From assembly GCA_039798785.1 (NCBI GenBank), contig JBDKFG010000007.1:28932-92931 (forward strand): DNA of 64,000 nt. The letters run 5' to 3'. The stretch's first letter is position 1; the number at the start of each line of letters is the position of its first letter. Shown piece by piece: positions 55,320-64,000 of the stretch. The notes under the pieces are model-generated. The model saw nothing but the letters and a program-made list of their open reading frames with translations, did not search any database and had not been told where the DNA came from. The position numbers and the translations under genes are program-made. This stretch comes from Verrucomicrobiota bacterium (lineage in GTDB: Bacteria > Verrucomicrobiota > Lentisphaeria > Lentisphaerales > Lentisphaeraceae).

Positions 55320-58049
55320 TCAGTTGCCGAGGAGTTGATCGAGGGTGCTGGCGGAGTTCTTGCAGGCGGGATAGCCGGAGCAGGCGAAGAAGTGGCGGCC
55401 TTTCCAGGCTTTTTTGATCACTTGCTTGCCGCACTTGGGGCACTTGGCGTCGACCGTTTCGGGCTGGGCCTTGGGAATAGCGTCGACCTTGGCGAGCGCA
55501 GGTGCGCCGTCGCGGTAGCGAGAGGCGAGTTTGCCGAGAGCTTCGATCTGGCGTTCGGACAGCTGCCCCTTGGAGGCAAACTGGGCGCGAAGCGATTCGA
55601 CGAACTCCTTGTCGTCGTAGGTCGCCTTGCCCTTCTTCTGGGCCGGGGCCCATTCTTTCACTTCGCTGAAGCCGGCAAGCAAGGCGGCGATCTTGTCTTT
55701 GACGGCCGGGTCCTGGGCGGCGGCTGGCGGCGGCGCGAAGCCGGCCTTGGCGATCGCGGCGGCGAGTTTGGGATCGCGTTCGCCGTATTTGTTGGCGATG
55801 CGGGCCAAGGCGGCGATCTGGTTGTCAGTGAGGACGCGGCCGGCGTTGAGCTGGTCGCGCAGAGAGCTGACGAACTTGCCGTCGTCATAGACCCGCGGGC
55901 CGCCCTTGGTCGGGGGATCGTAGGTGATCCCCTCGAGAGCCTTGAGGAGGGCGGCGCCGGGGTTGGATTCGGGGTTTTCGATCGCCTCGACCGCCTTGGC
56001 CCGCTGTTCCTGGAGGGCGTTCAGCTCGTCTTCGAAGCCGAACTTCTTGGCGAGGGCGGGAAGGCCTTTGAGCTGGGATGCGTATTTGGCGGCGAGTTTG
56101 ACCAAAGTCTGCCACTGGCGGGCGGTGACGGCGCCGCTTTCCTCGAGGGCTTCGCGGAGGGATTCGACGAACTCCTTGTCATCGAAGGCGCGGCCCTTGG
56201 CGGGTTTGACCGGGGTTTCATAGGCGACCTTGGCGTGGAAGAGTTTGAGCAGGGCGGCGAAGTTCTCGGCGGGCGGGGCGCCGGCGGTCTTGGCGGCGCC
56301 GAGCCAGTTGACGAAGTCGCCGTAGAAGCTCTGCATCATCTCGGTCCACTTGCAGCGCCCGTTCTCGATCTCGTCGAGCTTCTCCTCCATTTCGGCGGTG
56401 AATTTCACTTCGAAGAGAGTGGGGATGGAGACGGTGAGGAAGTCGCAAGTCTCTTCGCCGATCTTGGTCGGGACGAGGCGACCGGACTCCTTGGCGACGT
56501 ATTCGCGGTCCTGGATGGTCTTGACGATGGAAGCGTAGGTCGAGGGGCGGCCGACGCCGTTCTCTTCGAGGGCGCGGATCAAGGTGGCTTCGCTGAAGCG
56601 CGGCAGGGGTTCGGTGAAGTGCTGCTTGGTCTGAGGTTCGATGAGTTTGCAGACTTCGCCTTCCTTGAGGTCGGGCAGGGCCTGGGGTGCGTCTTCCTCG
56701 TCGGCTCCTTCGTCATCCTCGGCGTCGTCGGTCTTCTTCTTGGCTTTGACCTTCTCCTCGGCGTGATTGTAGGCCTTTTTCCAGCCTTCGAAGAGGGTGG
56801 TGGTGGCGCTGACGGTGAAGAGCATGCGGTTTTTGACCGCTGCGCCTGTGGGCTCGAGTTCGGCGGTGTCGAGGCGGACCTTGGCTGGCGACATCTGCGA
56901 GGCGAGGAAGCGGTTGTAGATCAGGGTGTAGAGCTTGAGCTGATCAGGCTCGAGGTGGCGCTTCAGGCTGTCGGGAGTGCGGGAGATGTCGGTGGGACGG
57001 ATCGCTTCGTGGGCGCCCTGAGCGGAGTTCTTCGACTTGTAGACGTTCGGCTTGGCGGGGCAGAACTCCTTGCCGTAGTGGGCCTTGATGTGCCCGAGGG
57101 CGGCCTGCTGGGCGTCAACCGAGATGGCGAAGGAGTCGGTGCGCATGTAGGTGATCAGACCGACCGAGCCTTCCTTGCCGATGTCGACGCCTTCGTAGAG
57201 GTCCTGGGCGACGCGCATGGTCTGAGTCGGGCTCATCCGGATGGCGCCGGAGGCCGCCTGCTGAAGGGTCGAGGTGATGAAGGGCGGCGGCGCCTTGAGG
57301 GACTTTTCGACGCCGGTCAGACCGGTGACCGGGAAGCTGGCCCCTTTGAGCTGGGCGACTAGAGCCAGGGTCTGCTTCTCCGAGCTCAGTTCAGCCTTCT
57401 TGCCATCAATTTTCTTGAGGGCCGCGATGAAGCTGTCCTTGCTCTTGGCACGGGCGAGCTTGACCTTGAGGGACCAGTATTCTTCTGGGATGAAGGCGCG
57501 GATGGCTTTTTCACGTTCGACGATGAGGCGGAGGGCGACGGTCTGGACTCGTCCGGCGGAGGAGCCGCCGCGTTTGCGGGCGAGGGGGGAGACCTTGAAG
57601 CCGACGAGGCGGTCGAGGACGCGGCGGGCCTGTTGTGCGTCTACCATGTCCTGGTCGATTTCGTGAGGGGAGTCGAAGGCTGCCTTGACCGCCTTCTCGG
57701 TGATTTCGTTGAAGGTGACGCGGCGGAATTTCGCCTTCGATTTGGGTTTGAGCAGTTCGTACAGGTGCCAGGAGATGGCTTCTCCTTCACGGTCCGGGTC
57801 AGTCGCGAGCCAGATGGTGGAGGCGACGGCGCCGGCCTTGCGCAATTCGTCGATGTTCTTCTTCTTGCGGGCGTCGCCGCTGATCTCGTATTCCGGGGCG
57901 AAGTTGTTGTCGAGGTCGATGCCGAGCTTCTTTTCGGGAAGGTCGCGGACGTGGCCGTAAGAAGCCAGCACCTGGAAGTCCTTGCCGAGGTATTTCTCAA
58001 TGCTCTTGATTTTGGCGGGGGATTCGACGATGACGAGATTCTTGGCCAT
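55320..58049 (-). CDS. topA: DNA topoisomerase I with atypical C-terminal repeats
   Basis: LVIVESPAK, GHVRDL, ATDPDREGEAI, SAGRVQT, LITYMRTDS, AHEAIRPT, GVGRPSTY. One terminal Zn ribbon (CPKC...CSGYPAC). Confidence 0.97.
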   Translation of the reverse strand: MAKNLVIVESPAKIKSIEKYLGKDFQVLASYGHVRDLPEKKLGIDLDNNFAPEYEISGDARKKKNIDELRKAGAVASTIWLATDPDREGEAISWHLYELLKPKSKAKFRRVTFNEITEKAVKAAFDSPHEIDQDMVDAQQARRVLDRLVGFKVSPLARKRGGSSAGRVQTVALRLIVEREKAIRAFIPEEYWSLKVKLARAKSKDSFIAALKKIDGKKAELSSEKQTLALVAQLKGASFPVTGLTGVEKSLKAPPPFITSTLQQAASGAIRMSPTQTMRVAQDLYEGVDIGKEGSVGLITYMRTDSFAISVDAQQAALGHIKAHYGKEFCPAKPNVYKSKNSAQGAHEAIRPTDISRTPDSLKRHLEPDQLKLYTLIYNRFLASQMSPAKVRLDTAELEPTGAAVKNRMLFTVSATTTLFEGWKKAYNHAEEKVKAKKKTDDAEDDEGADEEDAPQALPDLKEGEVCKLIEPQTKQHFTEPLPRFSEATLIRALEENGVGRPSTYASIVKTIQDREYVAKESGRLVPTKIGEETCDFLTVSIPTLFEVKFTAEMEEKLDEIENGRCKWTEMMQSFYGDFVNWLGAAKTAGAPPAENFAALLKLFHAKVAYETPVKPAKGRAFDDKEFVESLREALEESGAVTARQWQTLVKLAAKYASQLKGLPALAKKFGFEDELNALQEQRAKAVEAIENPESNPGAALLKALEGITYDPPTKGGPRVYDDGKFVSSLRDQLNAGRVLTDNQIAALARIANKYGERDPKLAAAIAKAGFAPPPAAAQDPAVKDKIAALLAGFSEVKEWAPAQKKGKATYDDKEFVESLRAQFASKGQLSERQIEALGKLASRYRDGAPALAKVDAIPKAQPETVDAKCPKCGKQVIKKAWKGRHFFACSGYPACKNSASTLDQLLGN

Positions 58050-58281
58050 GATGGGGTTCCTTGAAGACACGGGAAGTGATGATTCTCATATAGTCCGTCC
58101 ATGCCCGGCCAAATGCAAGGGGAAAATCGGCAAGGATCGGCAAATCAGCCTCTTCCGGGAGTAAAATCGTAGGATTGGCAAAAAAAATCGGGGCGGCGCG
58201 TTTCAGAGATTGACAAAGCGCCACGTCTTGTTTTACCAGTTTCAACCCGCGTCAACCCCGAGTCCAAAGGAACCCTGATCC

Positions 58282-59400
58282 ATGAATGCCCTTCTTCTCC
58301 TTGCCGCTCTTGCCGTCGCCGAACCTGCGGCCGCGGCCCCCGCTGAAGTCAATGCCGGCGAACGCCAAGCTGTCGCCGCAGCCGAGCTCCGTGCCGAACA
58401 ATTGATCCGGGATTACGCTCAAGGCGACGCCGCCGCCCGCAAGGAGGCGAAGGCGGAACTCATCAAGATTGGTCCAGCGGCTTCGGCCAGCCTGAAGAAG
58501 CACGTCGATGACAAAGATCCCGAGGTCGCCGCCTTGGCCAAGGAGCTGCTTGGTGCCCCGGCAGCGACAAACGAGGAGAAGAAAGAGGAGCCGGTCAACA
58601 ATGGCGAGCAGGTGATCCAGCTCGGCAACGGCGGCGTCATGCGAGTGCACGGCGGCGGCAATGTCCAGTTCAAAGTCATCGAAAACGGCGTCGTCGTCGC
58701 TGGCAACGGCCCCGGCCAAATCCCTCCCGAAGTTCTCCAGTTAATGCAGCAGCGCGGCATGCCGATCCCCGCCGAGTTGCTGGATGCCCAGGCGAAGCCG
58801 GCCGGCGAGGCTGCACCCCTCAATCTCGGCAAGGCCGACCCCGAAGTTCAGGCCAAGGTCGACGCCTTGCTGAAAACCATCTCGGAAGGCGACGCCCCGG
58901 CCCGCAAACAGGCCAAAGCCGATCTTCGCGCCCTCGGCGCCCCCGCCGCCGCCGCGCTCGCCAGCCGCAGCAACGACAAGGATCCCGAAGTCGCCGCGGT
59001 CGCCAAAGAACTGGCTCAGGAACTGGCGCCCGCCGCCGGGAAAACCACCGGCAAAGACAAAAACGGCGTCGAGATCATCGAAGGCCCCAACGGCCGCACC
59101 GTCATCCATCGGGCTCAGCGAGTCATCGTCAATGGCCAGGAAGTCGACGAGATGCCGCCGGAAATGGCGGCTCAGATGGCGGCGATGGAGGCTCGCATGG
59201 CGGCGATCCGGGCGCAACACGCCGAGCTTCTCAAGCAGGCAGGAATGGCGGAGCTGGAATTTGACGTGAACGAAGGACTGATCAAACCTGCTGAAGCCAA
59301 GGAGGCTCCGAAAGTCGAGTCCAAGCCGGCCGACGCCCAGGCTGAAGCCGACCGCAAAGCCGCGGAATTGACCAAGAGGAAGGCTGAATCCAAGCCTTGA
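58282..59400 (+). CDS. Secreted protein with a duplicated HEAT-like module
   Basis: Signal peptide. Two copies of GDA.ARK.AKA.L...G......L.....DKDPEVAA.AKEL. Confidence 0.75.
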   Translation: MNALLLLAALAVAEPAAAAPAEVNAGERQAVAAAELRAEQLIRDYAQGDAAARKEAKAELIKIGPAASASLKKHVDDKDPEVAALAKELLGAPAATNEEKKEEPVNNGEQVIQLGNGGVMRVHGGGNVQFKVIENGVVVAGNGPGQIPPEVLQLMQQRGMPIPAELLDAQAKPAGEAAPLNLGKADPEVQAKVDALLKTISEGDAPARKQAKADLRALGAPAAAALASRSNDKDPEVAAVAKELAQELAPAAGKTTGKDKNGVEIIEGPNGRTVIHRAQRVIVNGQEVDEMPPEMAAQMAAMEARMAAIRAQHAELLKQAGMAELEFDVNEGLIKPAEAKEAPKVESKPADAQAEADRKAAELTKRKAESKP

Positions 59401-59426
59401 GCCGATCGCCAAGCGGCAACCCCAGA

Positions 59427-60383
59427 TCAGAACGTGCCCTGACCCAGTCCGAGATACAGCCTCCGGATGCGGAAGGGCACGAACCATTTCTGGACGTGAA
59501 GATCCGCCGGATATCGTTGCAGGCGGAGCGCCGGCGCTTCGCCGCAACGAGGGAAGCTGTCACCGAGGATCTGGTGGATCTGGAGGCTCAAGGCGCGGTG
59601 CCGTGGACAATAGTCTTCCGCTTCGGCTGGCATCCAGTAGAGACGCGCGGCCAAAAGGGGAGGGACTTCCGGATGCTCGTCCCAAAGCTTGGCGGCGTAT
59701 TCGGGTTTTGCTGCCAGCGTCGCGGTGCTTTCATCCGCGATCAGGAGGTGATGGAGGGGGTCCGCGAACCAGACGCGGCCGTTCTTGCGCAGCTCGCAGA
59801 CGGTGTGATGGGAAACCCCGGTGAGTGGGTCGCAGAGATAGACGATCAGCGGATCGAAGCCTTGCTGATAGGCCAGGCAGCAGAGCAGCCAGGCCTGCTG
59901 ATCGCACCAGCCTTTCCCTCCGGTCCAGATTTCCTGGGGTTCAGGAAGAGCGAATGGCAAAGGGGATCCTTTACTGACTTGGCGGTGTACCGCCTGGCTC
60001 AGGCGACTCAGGCTCTGGTCATCGCCATCCCCCTGGACGCTCAAGGAGTCGGCAAGGTTTTTGTAGAAGATCTGGTTGCGCCAATAGTGAAGGTCGGCTT
60101 TGTCGAAAAGGTGAGGCGCACAAGTCCCGCCCTTGTTGTCGCGCCAACAGCTTTTCGGCGGATCTGTCAGCCAGCAGTCGAGATGCCGTAAACTTCGCCT
60201 CGCGGCGAGGAGGTCATTGGCGCAAATCGCTTCGACGAATTGGCAGCAAAGTTGATTTTGCATCTGTTCAGCGACGCTATCCTGACGCCAGGAGACGACA
60301 TAAGGGAAAAATGACAAGGGGAGAAGAAGCAGTACGACGACAAGGCGGCGCGAATATTTTCTAGACTGAGCTGTGGTAGGCAT
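59427..60383 (-). CDS. Membrane-anchored transglutaminase-like (Cys-His-Asp) protein
   Basis: N-terminal TM. GKGWCDQQA, HTVCEL, VWFADP. Confidence 0.65.
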   Translation of the reverse strand: MPTTAQSRKYSRRLVVVLLLLPLSFFPYVVSWRQDSVAEQMQNQLCCQFVEAICANDLLAARRSLRHLDCWLTDPPKSCWRDNKGGTCAPHLFDKADLHYWRNQIFYKNLADSLSVQGDGDDQSLSRLSQAVHRQVSKGSPLPFALPEPQEIWTGGKGWCDQQAWLLCCLAYQQGFDPLIVYLCDPLTGVSHHTVCELRKNGRVWFADPLHHLLIADESTATLAAKPEYAAKLWDEHPEVPPLLAARLYWMPAEAEDYCPRHRALSLQIHQILGDSFPRCGEAPALRLQRYPADLHVQKWFVPFRIRRLYLGLGQGTF

Positions 60384-60677
60384 GTAATTCCGTGAATTTG
60401 ATCAGTGGGGAGGGGTAAGATAACGCTTGATTTCAAAAAGCTGAAAGCGCCAGCTTGGAAAACGAAGTTTTGAGGGGAACTGTGTCACGCGAAGAAACGG
60501 AGATGCGAAGCAAAAAAGGCACAAAGAGCGCAAAAGGGAGTGCTTCGCGCTTTGCCGATCACTTTCTGGGTTCTTCTGCGTCTTCTACCGTTGATCGGAG
60601 CTTGATTTGGGGTCATACAGCTCGAAAAAACCGCCGGGCTTGTGGCCCGGCAGTTCGGTATTGTATCCAAGATCGGA

Positions 60678-62825
60678 TTAGACCAGGAAGAGGTCCTGGC
60701 CTGAGATGAAGCCGCGGGTCAAGTTGACGCCGTCGCTGTAGTTCAAATAGAGGCTGGAAAACTCGCTGTTGCCATTGGTGTCCACCACCGTTGCGTATTT
60801 GAGGAGGTTGTAGCCGAAAGAGAGGACTTCGGTGTCGCCGATCTTGACAGCTACGCCGGTGCTGTGCTCGGTGTCGACTTGAATTTTCACTTGATCGATC
60901 ATGGATTGATCGAATTCGTCGTCTTTCAGTTGAAGATTGAGAGTGTAGACATTGGGGACGTCGGTCGCGGAAATGTAGGCGCTAGTCTCGACGACGGCTT
61001 GGTTGGTAGCCGTGTATTTGATGTTGAGCCCCACGGGAACTGAGTCGGTGCCGTTTTCATCTGTGGCGATGATGGCGATGCTAGGACGGGAATTGCTGTG
61101 TCCGGTGATGGCAATGCGACCGGCTTGCAAATCGGCGTAGGTGAATGTGTCCGAGCTCAGGTCAAAAGCCGCATTGCTCTTGGTCACGGAAAAGGAAGCG
61201 GTTCCAGGGTCGACAAAACGGAAGGAGAGTTTGCTTTGGTCGCCTTGCGAGAACTCTTCGTCGCGGTAGCTGAAGTAGTTGCTGTTCAAAATCACCGGGA
61301 CCTCTTCCTTCATCATAAGAGCCTGAGCAGCGAAGAGAACAGGAGCGTCATTGATGAGGACCAGGTTCGGAGTGATTTTTTTCACCACCGTGCTGGCGCC
61401 TTGGTTGTCTGTGACTTTCAAGATGTAGGAGGGGATGTGATTGGGATTGCCGTCATGGACGAAGGAAATGCGATGATTGTTGAGTTCATCATCTTCGTCA
61501 TTGGAATCATACATGCCCTTCAGGTGAGCTTGGGTAAATTGAGTGGTTTTACGGCCATCCAAGGTGAAATAGCCGTTCTTGGTGTTCAAGACGGTGTAGA
61601 GAATGCCCGTGTCTGGGCTGGTGTCGTCGGTGACGCTGACGCCGAGATTATTCGTGTCGTCGCTGGCATCGGTATTGCCTTTCGTGTCGATGAAGATTTC
61701 CGTCTCCTGTCCCTCACGCACGCTTGGTGTATCGAGATTGTAGGTGATGACCGGGCCTTTGTTGACGACGACGCTGTTGGCTTTTTCGAAGGTTCTGACG
61801 GGGAGTGAGCCGGTAAAGACAAAATCCTTGTTCAAAAGCTTGTTGACATCCGTGGCGATGGTGATCAAGGGATCGAATTCGGCTTTGTTGGGATCGTCAT
61901 TCGCGGTGTCGTCGCGGAATTTCAGCTTGATGATGGACTTATTGAGACGGAGATCTCCGTAAGTGAAGTATAGAGCTGACTCGCCGTTGATATCAAGCTC
62001 AAAGGCGTCCGTCCGGTTGGCCCCGCGCACACTGATGACGTAATTATCATAGGCTCCGGGAGCGGTAGGATCGACTCCGGATATTTTTATGTTGCGGGTG
62101 CTGAGGAGAACCTCTTGAGCGACACTCTGGTGCGATAGATTGAAGGTATAGGTCGGAGGGGGCAGACGGAGATTCATAGTCGCGGTGAAGGCATCTGAAA
62201 CCGAGCCATCCATGGAGACTGCGCGGACAGTGATGGAGGGAGTGATGCCGACGACACCATTGTGTTCGAAGCGGATGTTTCCGGCCAAGGCTTCATCCGT
62301 GGAGAAGCTTGAAATCGGTTTGAGCCCAAGTAGAACACGACCGCCTTCTGCTTTTACGACGTCATAGCGGATGACTTCCATTTCGGTGTCGCTGGCGGTG
62401 AAAAGGTTGGCGATGGAAAGGCTGCTTTTGTAGTCAATCGTCTGAGTAGCGCCAGCACTGACGACAGGCTTGTCATTGGTCGGGGTGTAAACCAGCCCCG
62501 CGGTGGCGGGATTGTTAGACTTATTGCTGTAGCCGATGAGAAGATCGAGATAGACGGGATCGGGCCCTTTGCCGCCAACGTCCTGGCTGGAAATTTTAAG
62601 CCGCAAGTAAGGATCTCCTTCAGTGGCGTCGTGACTCAAGGTCACAGAGCCCTTGATGAGGTCCTGCAAAGTGGAAGGGGTGTAGTTGATACCCACATGC
62701 TCTACGACTGTAATGGATATCTTGTCGTAGTTGGTGCCGTTGTAGCCCAAGACCTGCAGGAACTCCGGCACTGCCCAGGGTTCACCTTCGCGAACGTGCA
62801 GAACTCTAACTTGCTTGACATCCAT
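60678..62825 (-). CDS. Cadherin-like (CSPG-type repeat) surface protein
   Basis: AAGGAG RBS. TNDKPV, FSTDEA..GNIRFEHNG, FTQAHL...ISFVHDG, INDAPV, FTYADL..GRI. Confidence 0.75.
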   Translation of the reverse strand: MDVKQVRVLHVREGEPWAVPEFLQVLGYNGTNYDKISITVVEHVGINYTPSTLQDLIKGSVTLSHDATEGDPYLRLKISSQDVGGKGPDPVYLDLLIGYSNKSNNPATAGLVYTPTNDKPVVSAGATQTIDYKSSLSIANLFTASDTEMEVIRYDVVKAEGGRVLLGLKPISSFSTDEALAGNIRFEHNGVVGITPSITVRAVSMDGSVSDAFTATMNLRLPPPTYTFNLSHQSVAQEVLLSTRNIKISGVDPTAPGAYDNYVISVRGANRTDAFELDINGESALYFTYGDLRLNKSIIKLKFRDDTANDDPNKAEFDPLITIATDVNKLLNKDFVFTGSLPVRTFEKANSVVVNKGPVITYNLDTPSVREGQETEIFIDTKGNTDASDDTNNLGVSVTDDTSPDTGILYTVLNTKNGYFTLDGRKTTQFTQAHLKGMYDSNDEDDELNNHRISFVHDGNPNHIPSYILKVTDNQGASTVVKKITPNLVLINDAPVLFAAQALMMKEEVPVILNSNYFSYRDEEFSQGDQSKLSFRFVDPGTASFSVTKSNAAFDLSSDTFTYADLQAGRIAITGHSNSRPSIAIIATDENGTDSVPVGLNIKYTATNQAVVETSAYISATDVPNVYTLNLQLKDDEFDQSMIDQVKIQVDTEHSTGVAVKIGDTEVLSFGYNLLKYATVVDTNGNSEFSSLYLNYSDGVNLTRGFISGQDLFLV

Positions 62826-63124
62826 GCGTGGGCTCCTTGATAATCGGCTACTCAAGTGGGTTTCCGGCCTCGCTAAGGCCAGAGTCGGGTCGCAAAATAA
62901 CTCCTAGACTAAAGATCGGCAAGTCCTTGCGTGAGCGTGCCATCGTGGCGACCGTGGCGGCTTGTCGCGGCACTCTCGCTGTAGCGCGTGCCGATAGGGT
63001 CAAGATGGTCTGCAGCGTCAACAGGCTCTGTGGATAAGGCGCGATATTGGCTTGAAGCTAGATTAAAGCAACATTAGTATTATCAAGTATCATGAATTGA
63101 AGAGACCATTGAGAGGGGGTCATA

Positions 63125-63856
63125 ATGAGAGGAATTGGAGCCGAGCGAGGCATGACTTTGATCGAGCTTTTGGTTTGTGTCGCCGTCATGGGAATGCTTG
63201 CGGGGCTGCTGTTCTCAGGGGTAATGAGGGCCAAGGCTGCTGCTGAAGGAGCGAGATGCAAGAGCAACCTGCGACAAATTGGCGTCCAAGTGCTTTCCTA
63301 CGGGTACGACTGGCAGGGCATGACGATGCCGGCCAGCGTTGGCGAAACCGTCAATGGCGGAGACAATCATTGGATCAACATCGTTCTGAAAAACTCATCC
63401 GGAGCCGAAGACCTCTTCGCCTGCCCGAGCTTGCCTTTGGCGGAACGATTTGATCCCGCCGGTCATGTCCCTGGTCTTGGCAATACCTGGAAGAGAGCCA
63501 GCTACATCATGAACACTGTCCGAGAAAGTGATTGGAGCGGAGCAGATGAAAGCCTGGTCCGAGCAGGAGCTCATGGCTTCGGAATAGACTCGGCGACACC
63601 CATACCCTTGAGCAGTGTCCAGGCGCCGTCTAGCAAGATCTACATCACCGATGTGGTTGGTAAAATCGCCAACAGCCACAAATCGATTTTAAGCTGGAAG
63701 CAGACAGATCATGGCGAGAGGAAAACACCTCCGGTCGGAGATGTGAGGCGTGTCGGAGACCATCATCGAGGTGGCTTCAAAGTTCTCTTCGGAGATGCGC
63801 ATGTCGGGGATAAAAACGATACTTTGGCGAAGGAGTGGAACGTCAATCAGCCCTGA
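63125..63856 (+). CDS. Prepilin-type N-terminal cleavage/methylation domain protein (H-X9-D tail)
   Basis: RGMTLIELLVCVAVMGMLAGLL...CKSNLRQIG, FACPS, HHRGGFKVLFGDAHV. Confidence 0.9.
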   Translation: MRGIGAERGMTLIELLVCVAVMGMLAGLLFSGVMRAKAAAEGARCKSNLRQIGVQVLSYGYDWQGMTMPASVGETVNGGDNHWINIVLKNSSGAEDLFACPSLPLAERFDPAGHVPGLGNTWKRASYIMNTVRESDWSGADESLVRAGAHGFGIDSATPIPLSSVQAPSSKIYITDVVGKIANSHKSILSWKQTDHGERKTPPVGDVRRVGDHHRGGFKVLFGDAHVGDKNDTLAKEWNVNQP

Positions 63857-64000
63857 CCTCTAAAGAATTTATTGTCACTGCAATAGTTTAGTGCGAAAAG
63901 GAAGAAAAATCCAAGAATTTTTCAAAAATCCACTCGGGAGGCCTGGACGCTTCGAGGACTGGCGATATTCTATGGACCCGCCGCTGATGTGGCGACCGAG

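Noticed and set aside
55335..57362. 675-aa antisense ORF (also 2295..3353, 26874..27920, 28140..29339, 32744..34006, 39507..40931)
   Set aside because: These are in-register antisense shadows of well-supported genes, expected from GC-rich codon bias, and show no motifs.
60440..60670. Purine-rich then pyrimidine-rich intergenic tract as a repeat or small ORF
   Set aside because: Only weak, degenerate self-complementarity. I could not define arms or a credible protein.
1..64000. Prophage, integron, retron/RT or transposase genes
   Set aside because: No integrase, reverse transcriptase, phage structural or DDE/Y1 transposase motifs were recognised in the ORF track.

Overview
GC-rich bacterial chromosome segment. 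It is most consistent with a PVC-superphylum organism, probably Lentisphaerota-like. This is an inference from (K/H)FxLIELL prepilin-like proteins with H...DG tails, XylR-type regulators, a Ser/Thr kinase-ECF sigma pair, fucosidases and a sulfatase. Housekeeping genes (ndh, trpS, bcp, nagB, pgl, tatAC, mazG, an lpxL-like gene, rbgA, topA) alternate with accessory blocks. I found no rRNA, tRNA, CRISPR array or transposase. Main observations: (1) a module that occurs twice, prepilin-like gene -> two-TM protein with an apparent single-lobe sugar-binding-protein fold -> secreted alpha-fucosidase(s), with no SusC/D or ABC transporter beside it, suggesting a pilus-linked glycan-foraging system; (2) a Ser/Thr kinase with WNK-like relocation of the catalytic lysine, translationally coupled to an ECF sigma upstream of one module; (3) a DNA polymerase II homolog that keeps its exonuclease and clamp-binding motifs but has a degenerate polymerase active site; (4) a circularly permuted LamG domain inside a GH95-like enzyme; (5) a lower-GC orphan immunity-like cassette after trpS; (6) a TopA whose C-terminus carries three unusual helical repeats; (7) several REP/MITE-like palindromes and a gene broken by a 5-bp duplication. 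All family calls come from motif recognition by eye, not database searches.
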